Shown here in pieces: positions 25,318 to 34,202 of a stretch of 54,252 nt of DNA; position 1 is the stretch's first letter; each line of letters starts with the position of its first letter. Source of the DNA: an uncultured Sandaracinaceae bacterium (GTDB lineage: Bacteria; Myxococcota_A; Polyangia; Polyangiales; Sandaracinaceae); NCBI GenBank assembly GCA_964480175.1, contig CAYZQM010000002.1, positions 25,855 through 80,106 of the forward strand, written 5' to 3'. A program made the position numbers and the translations under genes. Below the pieces are notes generated by a model. It was not told the origin of the DNA. It saw only the letters and a program-made list of their open reading frames with translations, and did no database searches.

Positions 25318-27368
25318 GCGGAGGTCGAACCCGGCGGCGCTCGCTGCGCGTCCCGTTGGACGAGGTGCCGCGCGACAAGCCCGAGGTCAAAGACGAGCCG
25401 CCGGCCGACGAGCGCGCGCGCACCATCGAGATGATGGCGCCCGGACTGCAGGCGCAGGAGCGCCCGCGGACCGTGCCTCCGCCGCCTCCGCCGCCGCGTC
25501 CCAAGACGGTGCCGCCGCCTGCGGACGAGAGCCGCATGACCGATCCCTCCGTGACCTCGCCCGCGAGGACGAGCGATCCGGGCTCGGTGCTCGAGAGCGA
25601 CGAGCTCTCGGCGAGCGAACTGTTGAGCGAGGAGGAGCTCGGCAAGCCCTCGCTGGAGCTCGACGCGAGCGAGCTCGACAGTGAGCCGACCACGCTCTTC
25701 CGCGACGACGAGCCGGTCGAGCCGGTCCGCGCCGACGAGCCGGACGAGCCCGCGCCCGACGCTGCGGCGACCAGCCCCGGCGACGCGGCCGCGGCCGAGG
25801 CGGACGAGCCCTCGCAGATCATCGAGGTGCAGGAGGGACCCGACGCGTCCGATCCCGAGCTGTCGACCGCCGCCGGCGACGAGGACGCCGACGCGATCGG
25901 ATCGGAGCCGACCGTGTTGGCCGAGCGTCAGCTCGCCGAGGGCCACCGCCCCGCGAGCGAGCGACCGCTGCCCTCGACGAACGACGACGCGCCGCCGACC
26001 AGTAGCCCGGGCGTGATCCTGGTGCAGCGCACGATCGCGATCGGCGTGGGCACCCCGACGCACACGACGACCGCCGAAGAGCGGGTGTCGGCGCCGCCAG
26101 CGAGTGAGCCGGCGTTCGAGCTGAGCGACTCCGAGATCGACACCGATGGCGCCGACCTCGAGGTCGACGACTCGGGGGACGATCCCAACGAGGAGCTCGA
26201 GGAGCTCGAGGTCGAGTCGGACGCGCGCCCCGAAGCGCCCAAGACATCGCTCAAGCCGCCCCCGGCGCCTGGCGCCCCGCCCCCGCCTCCGCGCGACGCG
26301 CAGCGTCCGCCTCCCCCGCCCAAACCTCCCGCGGCCGCCGCGATCCCGCCGGACGCCGACACCGGCAAGCGCAGCCGCAAGAAGTGGTGGGAGGAGTTCT
26401 TCAACGACGACTACTTCCGCACCGTCCCGCTCCCGCAGCCCAAGACCATCCACGCCGAGAGCAGCTTCATCGCGGAGCGCTTCCGCTTGCCGCCGGGCGC
26501 CGCGATCCTCGACGTCGGCTGCGGCCTCGGGCGGCACGCGATCGAGCTGACGCGCGCGGGCTACAACGTGGTGGGCCTCGATCTGTCGCTGCCCATGCTC
26601 TCGCGCGCCGCGGACGAGGCACAGGACCAAGGCCTCAAGATCAACTTCCTCCAAGCGGACATGCGGGAGATGGCGTTCGAGTCGATGTTCGACGCCGTGT
26701 ACTGCTGGGGCACGACCTTCGGCTACTTCGACGACGACCAGAACCGGCTCGTCGTCGAGAAGCTCCATCGCGCGCTCAAGCCCGGCGGCCTCTTGCTGCT
26801 CGACGTGGTCAACCGCGACTACGTGACCCGCAGCGTGCCCAACAGCGCGTGGTTCCAGGGCGACGGCTGCGTCGTCATGGAGGAGATGAACTGCAACTAC
26901 ATCAACTCGCGCCTCACCGTGAAGCGCCAGGTGATGCTCGACGACGGACGGCAGAACGAGACCGTCTACACCATCCGCCTCTACTCGCTGCACGAGCTGG
27001 GACAGATCCTCCATCAGCGCGGCTTCCGCGTAGTCGAGGTGAGCGGTCGGCAGGCGACGCCGGGCGTCTTCTTCGGCGCGGACTCGCCGCAGCTCATCAT
27101 CGTCGCCGAGCGCCGCCCGGACATGCCGACCGGCACCTCCAAGCGACCGGAGGATCCCTCGGGTGGAACCGGCGAGAGCCAGCAGATGACCGCGGCGCGC
27201 GAGCCCAAGTCGGAGCCCGCGCCGCCGCCGCCTGCCGCGCCGGACGACGAGGGACGCACCTCGGAGGCGCCCGAGGCGATCGATCCCGAGCCGATCGAAG
27301 AGGACGGAGACGACGCGTCGCTCCTCGAGAGCGAGAGCGACGGCGAGCCGCCGTCGTCCACCTCGTAG
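25314..27368 (+). CDS. class I SAM-dependent methyltransferase with an N-terminal acidic/Pro-rich low-complexity region of about 355 aa
   Basis: Methyltransferase core ILDVGCGLGRHAIELTRAGYNVVGLDLS ... LKPGGLLLLDV. High GC3 persists through the low-complexity N-terminus, so it is probably translated. The track TTG start overlaps the psd stop (TTGA); the exact start is uncertain (alternative ATG near 25430). Confidence 0.7.
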   Translation: MSGGRTRRRSLRVPLDEVPRDKPEVKDEPPADERARTIEMMAPGLQAQERPRTVPPPPPPPRPKTVPPPADESRMTDPSVTSPARTSDPGSVLESDELSASELLSEEELGKPSLELDASELDSEPTTLFRDDEPVEPVRADEPDEPAPDAAATSPGDAAAAEADEPSQIIEVQEGPDASDPELSTAAGDEDADAIGSEPTVLAERQLAEGHRPASERPLPSTNDDAPPTSSPGVILVQRTIAIGVGTPTHTTTAEERVSAPPASEPAFELSDSEIDTDGADLEVDDSGDDPNEELEELEVESDARPEAPKTSLKPPPAPGAPPPPPRDAQRPPPPPKPPAAAAIPPDADTGKRSRKKWWEEFFNDDYFRTVPLPQPKTIHAESSFIAERFRLPPGAAILDVGCGLGRHAIELTRAGYNVVGLDLSLPMLSRAADEAQDQGLKINFLQADMREMAFESMFDAVYCWGTTFGYFDDDQNRLVVEKLHRALKPGGLLLLDVVNRDYVTRSVPNSAWFQGDGCVVMEEMNCNYINSRLTVKRQVMLDDGRQNETVYTIRLYSLHELGQILHQRGFRVVEVSGRQATPGVFFGADSPQLIIVAERRPDMPTGTSKRPEDPSGGTGESQQMTAAREPKSEPAPPPPAAPDDEGRTSEAPEAIDPEPIEEDGDDASLLESESDGEPPSSTS

Positions 27369-27415
27369 TCGTCCGCTTTCTTGCTGCCGCGCTTCGGTCT
27401 CGGGTATCCGGGGCC

Positions 27416-28063
27416 ATGCGCGGCCGTGCGATCTCCTTGCTTCCCTGCGTCGCGGCGCTGATCGCGCTGCCGTTCTCCCTCGCGTGCCGCGCACCGAACA
27501 CCGTGCCGCCGCCCAGCACCGACCCCGGCACCCAGTACCGCATCACCGGCGCGCTGACGGCGAACAGCTGCGCGCCTGGCTTCGATCCGGTCAACCCGCT
27601 GGTGTTCACGGCGTCGTTCCGCAACGAGGGATCGATCGCGTACTGGCGGGTCGGCGAGCAGGTGTGGATCCCCGGCACGCTCGGGCGCGACGGAGACTTC
27701 CACTTCACGCTGCGCACCGACGTCCAGCTCTACGGGCCCACGCCGGGCACCGACCCCGATCTCGACCCCGGCACGCCCGGCTGCGTCGTCACCATGGTCG
27801 AGTCGATCGACGGACGCTTCGTCGAGCTCTCCACGGGCGATGCGGGTACGACCGAAGCCGGCCTCTCGGACGCCGGGGTGTCCGATGGTGGCGCGAACGC
27901 TGGCGACGCCGGCACCGGCACGATCCGGGTCATGGACGCGACCAACCGCATCGAGCTCGTGCCCTTCGGCGGCACCGACTGCTCGCGCGCGCTCTTGGTC
28001 AACGGCGGCTCCTTCCCATCGCTGCCGTGCAGCGCGACGTACACGATGGAAGGCGCGCCCTAG
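27416..28063 (+). CDS. lipoprotein, function unknown
   Basis: ATG 27416 gives MRGRAISLLPCVAALIALPFSLAC (lipobox). I rejected the remainder of the track ORF 26384..28063 as an out-of-context extension. Confidence 0.6.
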   Translation: MRGRAISLLPCVAALIALPFSLACRAPNTVPPPSTDPGTQYRITGALTANSCAPGFDPVNPLVFTASFRNEGSIAYWRVGEQVWIPGTLGRDGDFHFTLRTDVQLYGPTPGTDPDLDPGTPGCVVTMVESIDGRFVELSTGDAGTTEAGLSDAGVSDGGANAGDAGTGTIRVMDATNRIELVPFGGTDCSRALLVNGGSFPSLPCSATYTMEGAP

Positions 28064-28086
28064 GCCCGCTTGCTACACCGCGCGCG

Positions 28087-29364
28087 GTGCTCGCGTGGGC
28101 CGACATCCGAAGCGCGTTCTCGCTGCGCAGGAACCTGCGGCAGATCTTCACGCGGCCGGCCGACACCGCGCACCTCTCGCCGCTCGACGGAGTGCGCGCG
28201 CTCTCCGTGCTCTGGGTGATGCTCTTTCACGTGGGCTGGTACACGTCGTTCGCCTGGCCGGTCGACAGCTACGTGCAGCTCCTGCATGCGCGCTGGATGT
28301 TGCCGATCTGGCGCGGCGACTTCGGCGTCGACGTGTTCTTCGTGCTCTCCGGCTTTCTGATTGGGGGGCTGCTCTTCTCCGAGCTGGAGCCGTCTCGCGA
28401 GCTGCGCGTCGGGCGCTTCTACCTGCGACGCCTGCTCCGGCTCTGGCCTGCGCTGGCCGCGGTGGCCGTCTTCGAGCTCGCGTTCGCCCACCCTGCGATG
28501 CCGCGCCCCGCGCACCCGCTCTGGCCGAACCTGCTCTACGTGAACAACCTGATGTCCCTGCGCGACGTGCGCATGGCCTGGACGTGGTCGCTCGCGATCG
28601 AGGAGCAGTTCTATCTGCTCGCCCCGTGGCTCTTGCTCTTGCTCGTGCGGCGCGAGCACGGCCCCCGCGGATGGCGCGCGACGATCGGCGGGCTCTCCCT
28701 CGTGGCGCTCGCGCTGGCGCTCGCGATCGTCGCGATCGCGTTCGGGAGCGATCTGCACGCGGATCACAGCGAGATCGTGGTGACCCGCGACGTCGACACC
28801 TGGATACGCCAGTACGATCTGCTCTACAGCAAGCCGTGGATGCGCGCGGGGCCGCTGCTCGCGGGCCTGGCCGCGGCGCGGCTCTACCGCGTGGAGGGTT
28901 TTTCCGCCCGGCTGACTCGGAGCGGCGCGCTCGGCGCGCTCGCGATGCTCGCCGCCGTCGTCGTCGCTGCGCTCGCGACGCACTGGCCGATCGTCGCCCA
29001 CGCGCCGCGGGCGCTCGAGCTGCTCTACCTCGGATCGTTTCGGCTCGTGTTCGGGCTCGCCGTGGCGGTGCTGATCCTGTTCGCGCTGTCGGCCCATCGG
29101 GTGGGTGCGTTCTTGGGACGCTCCCTCGCCGCGCCGCAGCTCTACCCGATCGCACAGCTCGCCTACTGCGCGTACCTCATCAACCCCATCGTCGCGACCG
29201 CGAGCCACCGCGCGTTCTCGCCCGCCGCCGCGGGGGCGCCGCTGACCTTCGTGGTCCTGGCCTTCATCGACATCCCCATCACGCTCGCGTGCGCGCTCGC
29301 GCTCAGCCTGCTCGTCGAGCGACCCTTCATGAACCTGCGCGCGCTCGTTCGCGCGACGCGTTGA
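28087..29364 (+). CDS. acyltransferase family 3 membrane protein (OafA/YrhL-like)
   Basis: LSPLDGVRALSVLWVMLFHVGWY N-terminal signature, about 10 hydrophobic helices, and WSLAIEEQFYL. GTG start at 28087 inferred. Confidence 0.8.
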   Translation: MLAWADIRSAFSLRRNLRQIFTRPADTAHLSPLDGVRALSVLWVMLFHVGWYTSFAWPVDSYVQLLHARWMLPIWRGDFGVDVFFVLSGFLIGGLLFSELEPSRELRVGRFYLRRLLRLWPALAAVAVFELAFAHPAMPRPAHPLWPNLLYVNNLMSLRDVRMAWTWSLAIEEQFYLLAPWLLLLLVRREHGPRGWRATIGGLSLVALALALAIVAIAFGSDLHADHSEIVVTRDVDTWIRQYDLLYSKPWMRAGPLLAGLAAARLYRVEGFSARLTRSGALGALAMLAAVVVAALATHWPIVAHAPRALELLYLGSFRLVFGLAVAVLILFALSAHRVGAFLGRSLAAPQLYPIAQLAYCAYLINPIVATASHRAFSPAAAGAPLTFVVLAFIDIPITLACALALSLLVERPFMNLRALVRATR

Positions 29365-29422
29365 TCGAAGGGTCGAAGTAGACGGAAGGACAGCGGCACC
29401 CCCGGCATCGCCCACGACGTGA

Positions 29423-29947
29423 TCAGCGGAGGCCGATCTTCAGTCCGAGCTCGTTCTTCATGATCAGGAGCGCCTCGGCGTTGCCCTTCGCGTCGTCGAC
29501 CGGGTGGTGGGTGTGCGCCGTCTTGCGAAGGTGCTTGAAGCTCGTGGAGAAGTCCTTGGTGAGTCCCTTGTACAGCGAGCCGAGGTTGCTGGAGCTGTGC
29601 CCGAACGGACAGCTGCCCGTGAAGTGGTGGAAGTAGAAGCAGACGAACATCCAGTCGAAGCCGTTGTTGTCGCTCACGAACATCGGTCGCTTGCCGGCGT
29701 GCTCGCCGAGCCACGCAGCGAACGCGCGCATCGTCTCGGCCGGATCGGGGAAGGTCATGCACGTCGCGCGATCGTGCCCGCTCACGGCGAGCGCCTCGGG
29801 CACGTAGCGCTCGCTCATGGGCCGGAGCTGCCCGTAGAAGGTGCGAGAGAGCGAGGGCTCCACGATCACCGCACCGAGCGAGATCATCGAGTAGTCCCCC
29901 GGGATCGGACCATCCGCCTCGACGTCGACCATCACGAACATCGCCAA
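29423..29947 (-). CDS. DEDDh-type 3'-5' exonuclease domain protein
   Basis: VDVEADGP (DxE), FVSDNNGFDWMF (D) and HHPVDDAKGNA (Hx4D); 174 aa. Confidence 0.75.
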   Translation of the reverse strand: MAMFVMVDVEADGPIPGDYSMISLGAVIVEPSLSRTFYGQLRPMSERYVPEALAVSGHDRATCMTFPDPAETMRAFAAWLGEHAGKRPMFVSDNNGFDWMFVCFYFHHFTGSCPFGHSSSNLGSLYKGLTKDFSTSFKHLRKTAHTHHPVDDAKGNAEALLIMKNELGLKIGLR

Positions 29948-30072
29948 CCTCCGCTGCGCTCATCCATGCGGCGAGCATACCCGCTCGTCGAATCACGCCC
30001 GGCCGCGATTGCGCGAGACAGTCCGCGGGACCGCGATCCCGTGTCATGCTCGGGCGGTCGGAGGATCGGATC

Positions 30073-30858
30073 ATGACGCGAGCTTTCTGCGCGGTGTTGG
30101 TGATGGCGTGGCTTGGGTGCGGGACCGAGGACCCGCCAACGGGGGAGACGCTCACGTACGTGGTGAGCACGATGCACGACCCGCCCGCGGGCCCGATGCG
30201 CGTCGTGGGCTTCGACCTCGATGGCCAGGTGAGCGCCGGAGCCAGTGACGCGTGTGACGATCAGGCCGACCAGGGTGCCGGGATCGACAACAACCTCGCG
30301 CGCGTCGAGCGAGGAAGCGTGCTCGATCCGCTGTGGTGGACCCGAACGGTGGAGCAAGCGATCGTCGATGGCGAGTACCTCTTGGTGCTCGAGGTGAGCG
30401 ACGTGGATTCGATCGAGGAGGACGCGAGCGTCGGGGTGCGCCTCTACCTCGCGCGCGCGCTCGGACCCATCGAGGTCGACGAGGGGCGCGTCGCGCCCGG
30501 ACAGACCTTCGAGCAGCTGGGCGCGGACCTCGCGACGCTCGCAGTGGGTGAGGTGGCGATCGAGGACGGGTTCCTCGAGTTCCGATCGCCGACGCTGCCG
30601 ATGCCGGAGCGCGGCGCGCCGTTGGTGCTTCACGACGCCCACGTTCGCGCACGCATCACGCCCACCGGCCTCACCGAAGGCGTGCTGGGGGGCGCGGTGC
30701 TTCTCACCGAGCTCGTGCCTCCCGACTCGAGCATCACGCTGGAGGAGGTTCAAGCCAGCGGCTACCCAGACCTCCAACCCGATCCTGGCGATTCATCGAT
30801 CTGCCACGCGATCTCGGCCGGGTTCACTTTCGAAGCCGTCTCCGCCGTCGGTGAGTGA
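30073..30858 (+). CDS. lipoprotein, function unknown
   Basis: ATG 30073 gives MTRAFCAVLVMAWLGC (lipobox). High GC3. Confidence 0.6.
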   Translation: MTRAFCAVLVMAWLGCGTEDPPTGETLTYVVSTMHDPPAGPMRVVGFDLDGQVSAGASDACDDQADQGAGIDNNLARVERGSVLDPLWWTRTVEQAIVDGEYLLVLEVSDVDSIEEDASVGVRLYLARALGPIEVDEGRVAPGQTFEQLGADLATLAVGEVAIEDGFLEFRSPTLPMPERGAPLVLHDAHVRARITPTGLTEGVLGGAVLLTELVPPDSSITLEEVQASGYPDLQPDPGDSSICHAISAGFTFEAVSAVGE

Positions 30859-31283
30859 TGACCGGCAAGCGGTCGACTTCGCGTCCCAAGCGCTCCGGCG
30901 TCACGCGCCCTCGACAGCAGCCCGTCGTCGGAGATCCGCTCGTCGGTTATCTCCAGCGCGTCCCGGCGGTGCGGGTGCTCTCGTCCGGCCGAGACGGCAC
31001 GCGCTGGTGGACGAAGCTGGCGATCGACGTCGAACATCGACTCGCGTGGCGCGTGATCCAGGAGCTCGCGCACGTGCTGAACTACCTGTCGACCACCGAG
31101 CGCCTCCCTACGCGCTTCTACCCGGTGAGCCCCCCTCCTTACCTGAACGGTGGACCCGAGGGCTTCTTGTCGTGGGTGATCGAGTCGACCGTCGATGACT
31201 TCCTGCCCGAGACAGCAGCGAAGTGGCTGGAGGGTCGTCTGCCACGACCCGTCGACGACCCATCGCAGTGGGACGAAGACTGA
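30855..31283 (+). CDS. hypothetical protein
   Basis: The start overlaps the upstream stop (ATGA). 142 aa with no recognisable motif. Confidence 0.5.
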   Translation: MMTGKRSTSRPKRSGVTRPRQQPVVGDPLVGYLQRVPAVRVLSSGRDGTRWWTKLAIDVEHRLAWRVIQELAHVLNYLSTTERLPTRFYPVSPPPYLNGGPEGFLSWVIESTVDDFLPETAAKWLEGRLPRPVDDPSQWDED

Positions 31284-31343
31284 AGCGCCCCGCCTCGGGG
31301 ACAGCAAGACGCAGGGCGCAGCCCGCTCGCGTTCCGGCCGGGT

Positions 31344-31360
31344 CTGGGGCGGAGCCCCAG
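31344..31360. terminator. hairpin in a convergent intergenic region
   Basis: CTGGGGC-gga-GCCCCAG followed by AAAAA on the + strand (TTTTT precedes it on the - strand). It lies between the stops at 31283 (+) and 31367 (-). Confidence 0.3.
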
Positions 31361-31366
31361 AAAAAC

Positions 31367-32494
31367 TCAGCGCAGAAGCAGGAACGCGGCGAAGAGCGCG
31401 CCTACCCCGACGAGCGCCAAGAGCGCGGCCGCGCCAAGCACGATGAAGGGCATGTTCGACTGCGCCGCTGGGGCGACCGCGGCGACGGGCGTCGGCATGT
31501 TCTGCACGGTCTGCGGGATCGCCTGCATCGCGCCGGCGCTCTGCACCCGCTGCGCGGGCGGCGGCTGCGAGGGCACGCTGAACTGCGGCTGGGCGGGCGG
31601 CACCGAGACCGGCGGCTGCGAGGTGGGCCGCGACAAGACCGCCTGCAGCGCCTGACCGAACTCCTGCGCGCTCTGGAAGCGATCGTTCGGACGCTTCGCG
31701 AGCGTCTTGTTGATCACGTCCCACAGCCCCTGGGGAAAGGTCCGGCTCGGCGCCCGCACGTGCAGCGGGATGGGCGTCTCCTTGATGTGCCGCTGGATGT
31801 ACTCCATCGGCTGGTTCGCATCGAAGGGCAGCTTCCCGGTGAGCAGCTCGTAGAGGATGATCCCCAGCGAGTAGATGTCGCTGCGGCCATCGAGCTTCTC
31901 GCCGCGCGCCTGCTCGGGGCTCATGAACTCGGGCGTGCCGAAGACCATCCCCTCTTGGGTGAGGATCAGCGAGCCGGGCCGCATCTCGCGCTCGGTCACC
32001 TTCGCCAGACCGAAGTCGAGCACCTTCGGGTAGTCCGCGATGCCACCGAGGTTGGTGAGGAAGATGTTCTCGGGCTTCAGATCGCGGTGCACGATGCCCT
32101 GCGTGTGCGCCTCCTGAAGCGCGCTGCACACCTGCACCATGATCGGGATCGCGCGCTCGGGCGCCATCGGCCCTTCGGCACGCACCGTCTGCGCGAGGTT
32201 CTTGCCCGCGAGGTACTCCATCACGAAGTAGCAGGCGCCGTCCTCGAGCTGACCGTAGAGGAAGACCTTGGCGGTGTTGGGGTGCGACAGATGGCTCATC
32301 GCGCGCGCCTCGCGGCGGAAGCGCGAGACCAGATCTGCGCGCGCGAGGTAGCGCGGGTGCAGGATCTTCACCGCGACGAAGCGGCGCATGTCGGGCTGCT
32401 CGGCCTTGTAGACCGCACCCATGCCGCCGCTCCCGATCTTCTCGAGGATCTTGAATTGGTTCGCGAGATCGCGACCTACGTAGGGATCCGCCAC
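31367..32494 (-). CDS. Hanks-type Ser/Thr protein kinase, C-terminally TM-anchored
   Basis: GSGGMGAVYKA, VAVKIL, HRDLKPENIFL, DFGLAKV and GTPEFMSPEQ. C-terminal TM segment FIVLGAAALLALVGVGALFAAFLLL. I infer the GTG start at 32494 (VADPYVGRDL...) and rejected the upstream extension to 32713. Confidence 0.85.
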   Translation of the reverse strand: MADPYVGRDLANQFKILEKIGSGGMGAVYKAEQPDMRRFVAVKILHPRYLARADLVSRFRREARAMSHLSHPNTAKVFLYGQLEDGACYFVMEYLAGKNLAQTVRAEGPMAPERAIPIMVQVCSALQEAHTQGIVHRDLKPENIFLTNLGGIADYPKVLDFGLAKVTEREMRPGSLILTQEGMVFGTPEFMSPEQARGEKLDGRSDIYSLGIILYELLTGKLPFDANQPMEYIQRHIKETPIPLHVRAPSRTFPQGLWDVINKTLAKRPNDRFQSAQEFGQALQAVLSRPTSQPPVSVPPAQPQFSVPSQPPPAQRVQSAGAMQAIPQTVQNMPTPVAAVAPAAQSNMPFIVLGAAALLALVGVGALFAAFLLLR

Positions 32495-32597
32495 GGCGCC
32501 GCGAGGATAACAAGGTGCGCCCCAGGCACAACGACCATTTTTGTGAGGATCCCGAAGCTTGCCCTCCGGACGAATCTGGATTCCTCTTCGCCCCACG

Positions 32598-34166
32598 ATG
32601 TCGGTCCCCTGTCCTGCGTGCGGCACGCCGAACGAGCCGCACGCTCGGTTCTGCGCGCACTGCGGGGCCACCCTCATCACCCCCAAGGGGAGCGATCCGC
32701 TGATCGGAAGCACGCTCGCCGAGCGCTACCGGATCACCAAGCCGTTGGGTGAAGGCGGCATGGGCACGGTGTACTTGGCCGAGCAGACGATGGGCACCAC
32801 CGTCCGCAAGGTCGCGGTGAAGGTGCTCAAGGGCCAGGCGACCGAGCAAGCGCGAGGACGCTTTCTCCGCGAGTGCGAGACGGTGGTGCAGCTCAACCAC
32901 CCGAACACGATCCGCTTCTTCGACTTCGGCGCGCTGCCCGACGGGCGCCTCTTCATCGCGATGGAGTACGTCGAGGGCCGCACGCTGACGGCCGCGATCG
33001 CGGATGGTCCGATGCCGCTGATGGTGGTGGAGCGGCTCGTCACCGAGATCGCGGGCTCGCTCGCCGAGGCCCACCGGCGCGGGATCGTCCACCGCGATCT
33101 CAAGCCCGACAACGTGCTGCTCGCGCGCGACGACGACGAGGAGCACGCGCGCGTGCTGGACTTCGGCATCGCCAAGCAGCGCGAGACCGAGAGCGGCCCC
33201 GAGATCACCGCCGCGGGGACCATCGTGGGGACGCCGGCGTACATGAGCCCCGAGCAGCTCGCGGGGCGCGAGGTCGATGCGCGCTCCGATCTCTACGCGC
33301 TCGGCCTGATGACGTTCGAGATGCTGACCGGCAAGCGGCCCTTCACGGGGAGCACGCCGCTCGAGTGGGCCACGCTGCACACCACCAAGCCTCCTCCTTC
33401 GTTCGATGACTACCCCTCGACGCGGCTCTTGCCCGAGGAGAAGCGGCAGGCGATCTACAAGGCGCTCGGCAAGGAGCCCGAAGAGCGTCAGGAGTCGGTG
33501 AAGCGCTTCGTCGAGGAGCTCACCAACCGCGGGCAGTCGATCTCGAGCGGCGCGATGACGCGGCCCGCATCCCTCGGCGAGGTGACCCCGCCGCGATCGC
33601 GCGGCTCGGCCGGCGCGATGCTCTTCGGCGCGGTGATCATGGGCGCGCTCGCCGTCGCCGGCGGCTACTGGTGGTGGCTCGATCACCACGAGTCCGAGCA
33701 CCCCGTGGTGCCGATCGACGCGGCCGTGATCGAGCTCGACGCGGGCGCGCCGGACGCGGGTCCTCCGGCGCCCGAGATCGCGTGGCTCCAGATCGTCGCG
33801 GCGACCAACGCGGCCGACGATCCTTCGCTCGCGCTCGGCCCCCCCGACGGACGCTGCGCGGTCCTCCGCCCGAACGGAAAGATCGTGCTCGAGATCACCT
33901 CCGGGATGCCCGCGATCGGCGATGGCACCGACCTGCCCGAGCTGCAGATCTACGTGGACGCCGATCGCAGCGGTCCGTACCGCGTGGATGTCGCCAGCGC
34001 GCGCTCGCCGGAGAGCAACTTCGTGAACGTCGCGTCCGATCTCGTCGGCACCGCGCCGCTCGACGTCGATCAAGTGCGCGGCACGGCCTACCGCTACGTG
34101 CGCATCAAGAACCGCAGCACCCGAGGCAACGTCTGCCTCGACGCAGTCGGCCTCTACGTTCGCTGA
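32598..34166 (+). CDS. Hanks-type Ser/Thr protein kinase with N-terminal zinc ribbon, TM helix and extracytoplasmic beta-rich C-terminal domain
   Basis: MSVPCPACGTPNEPHARFCAHCG, GEGGMGTVYLA, VAVKVL, HRDLKPDNVLL, DFGIAKQ and GTPAYMSPEQ. TM segment MLFGAVIMGALAVAGGYWWW. Confidence 0.9.
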   Translation: MSVPCPACGTPNEPHARFCAHCGATLITPKGSDPLIGSTLAERYRITKPLGEGGMGTVYLAEQTMGTTVRKVAVKVLKGQATEQARGRFLRECETVVQLNHPNTIRFFDFGALPDGRLFIAMEYVEGRTLTAAIADGPMPLMVVERLVTEIAGSLAEAHRRGIVHRDLKPDNVLLARDDDEEHARVLDFGIAKQRETESGPEITAAGTIVGTPAYMSPEQLAGREVDARSDLYALGLMTFEMLTGKRPFTGSTPLEWATLHTTKPPPSFDDYPSTRLLPEEKRQAIYKALGKEPEERQESVKRFVEELTNRGQSISSGAMTRPASLGEVTPPRSRGSAGAMLFGAVIMGALAVAGGYWWWLDHHESEHPVVPIDAAVIELDAGAPDAGPPAPEIAWLQIVAATNAADDPSLALGPPDGRCAVLRPNGKIVLEITSGMPAIGDGTDLPELQIYVDADRSGPYRVDVASARSPESNFVNVASDLVGTAPLDVDQVRGTAYRYVRIKNRSTRGNVCLDAVGLYVR

Positions 34167-34202
34167 TCGCCCACGCCTGCGCCTTCGCGCTACCATCGCG
34201 CG

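Noticed and set aside
25134-27494. 786-aa minus-strand ORF opposite the methyltransferase gene
   Set aside because: Arg/Gly/Ala-rich antisense shadow. The plus-strand frame carries clear SAM-methyltransferase motifs and high GC3.
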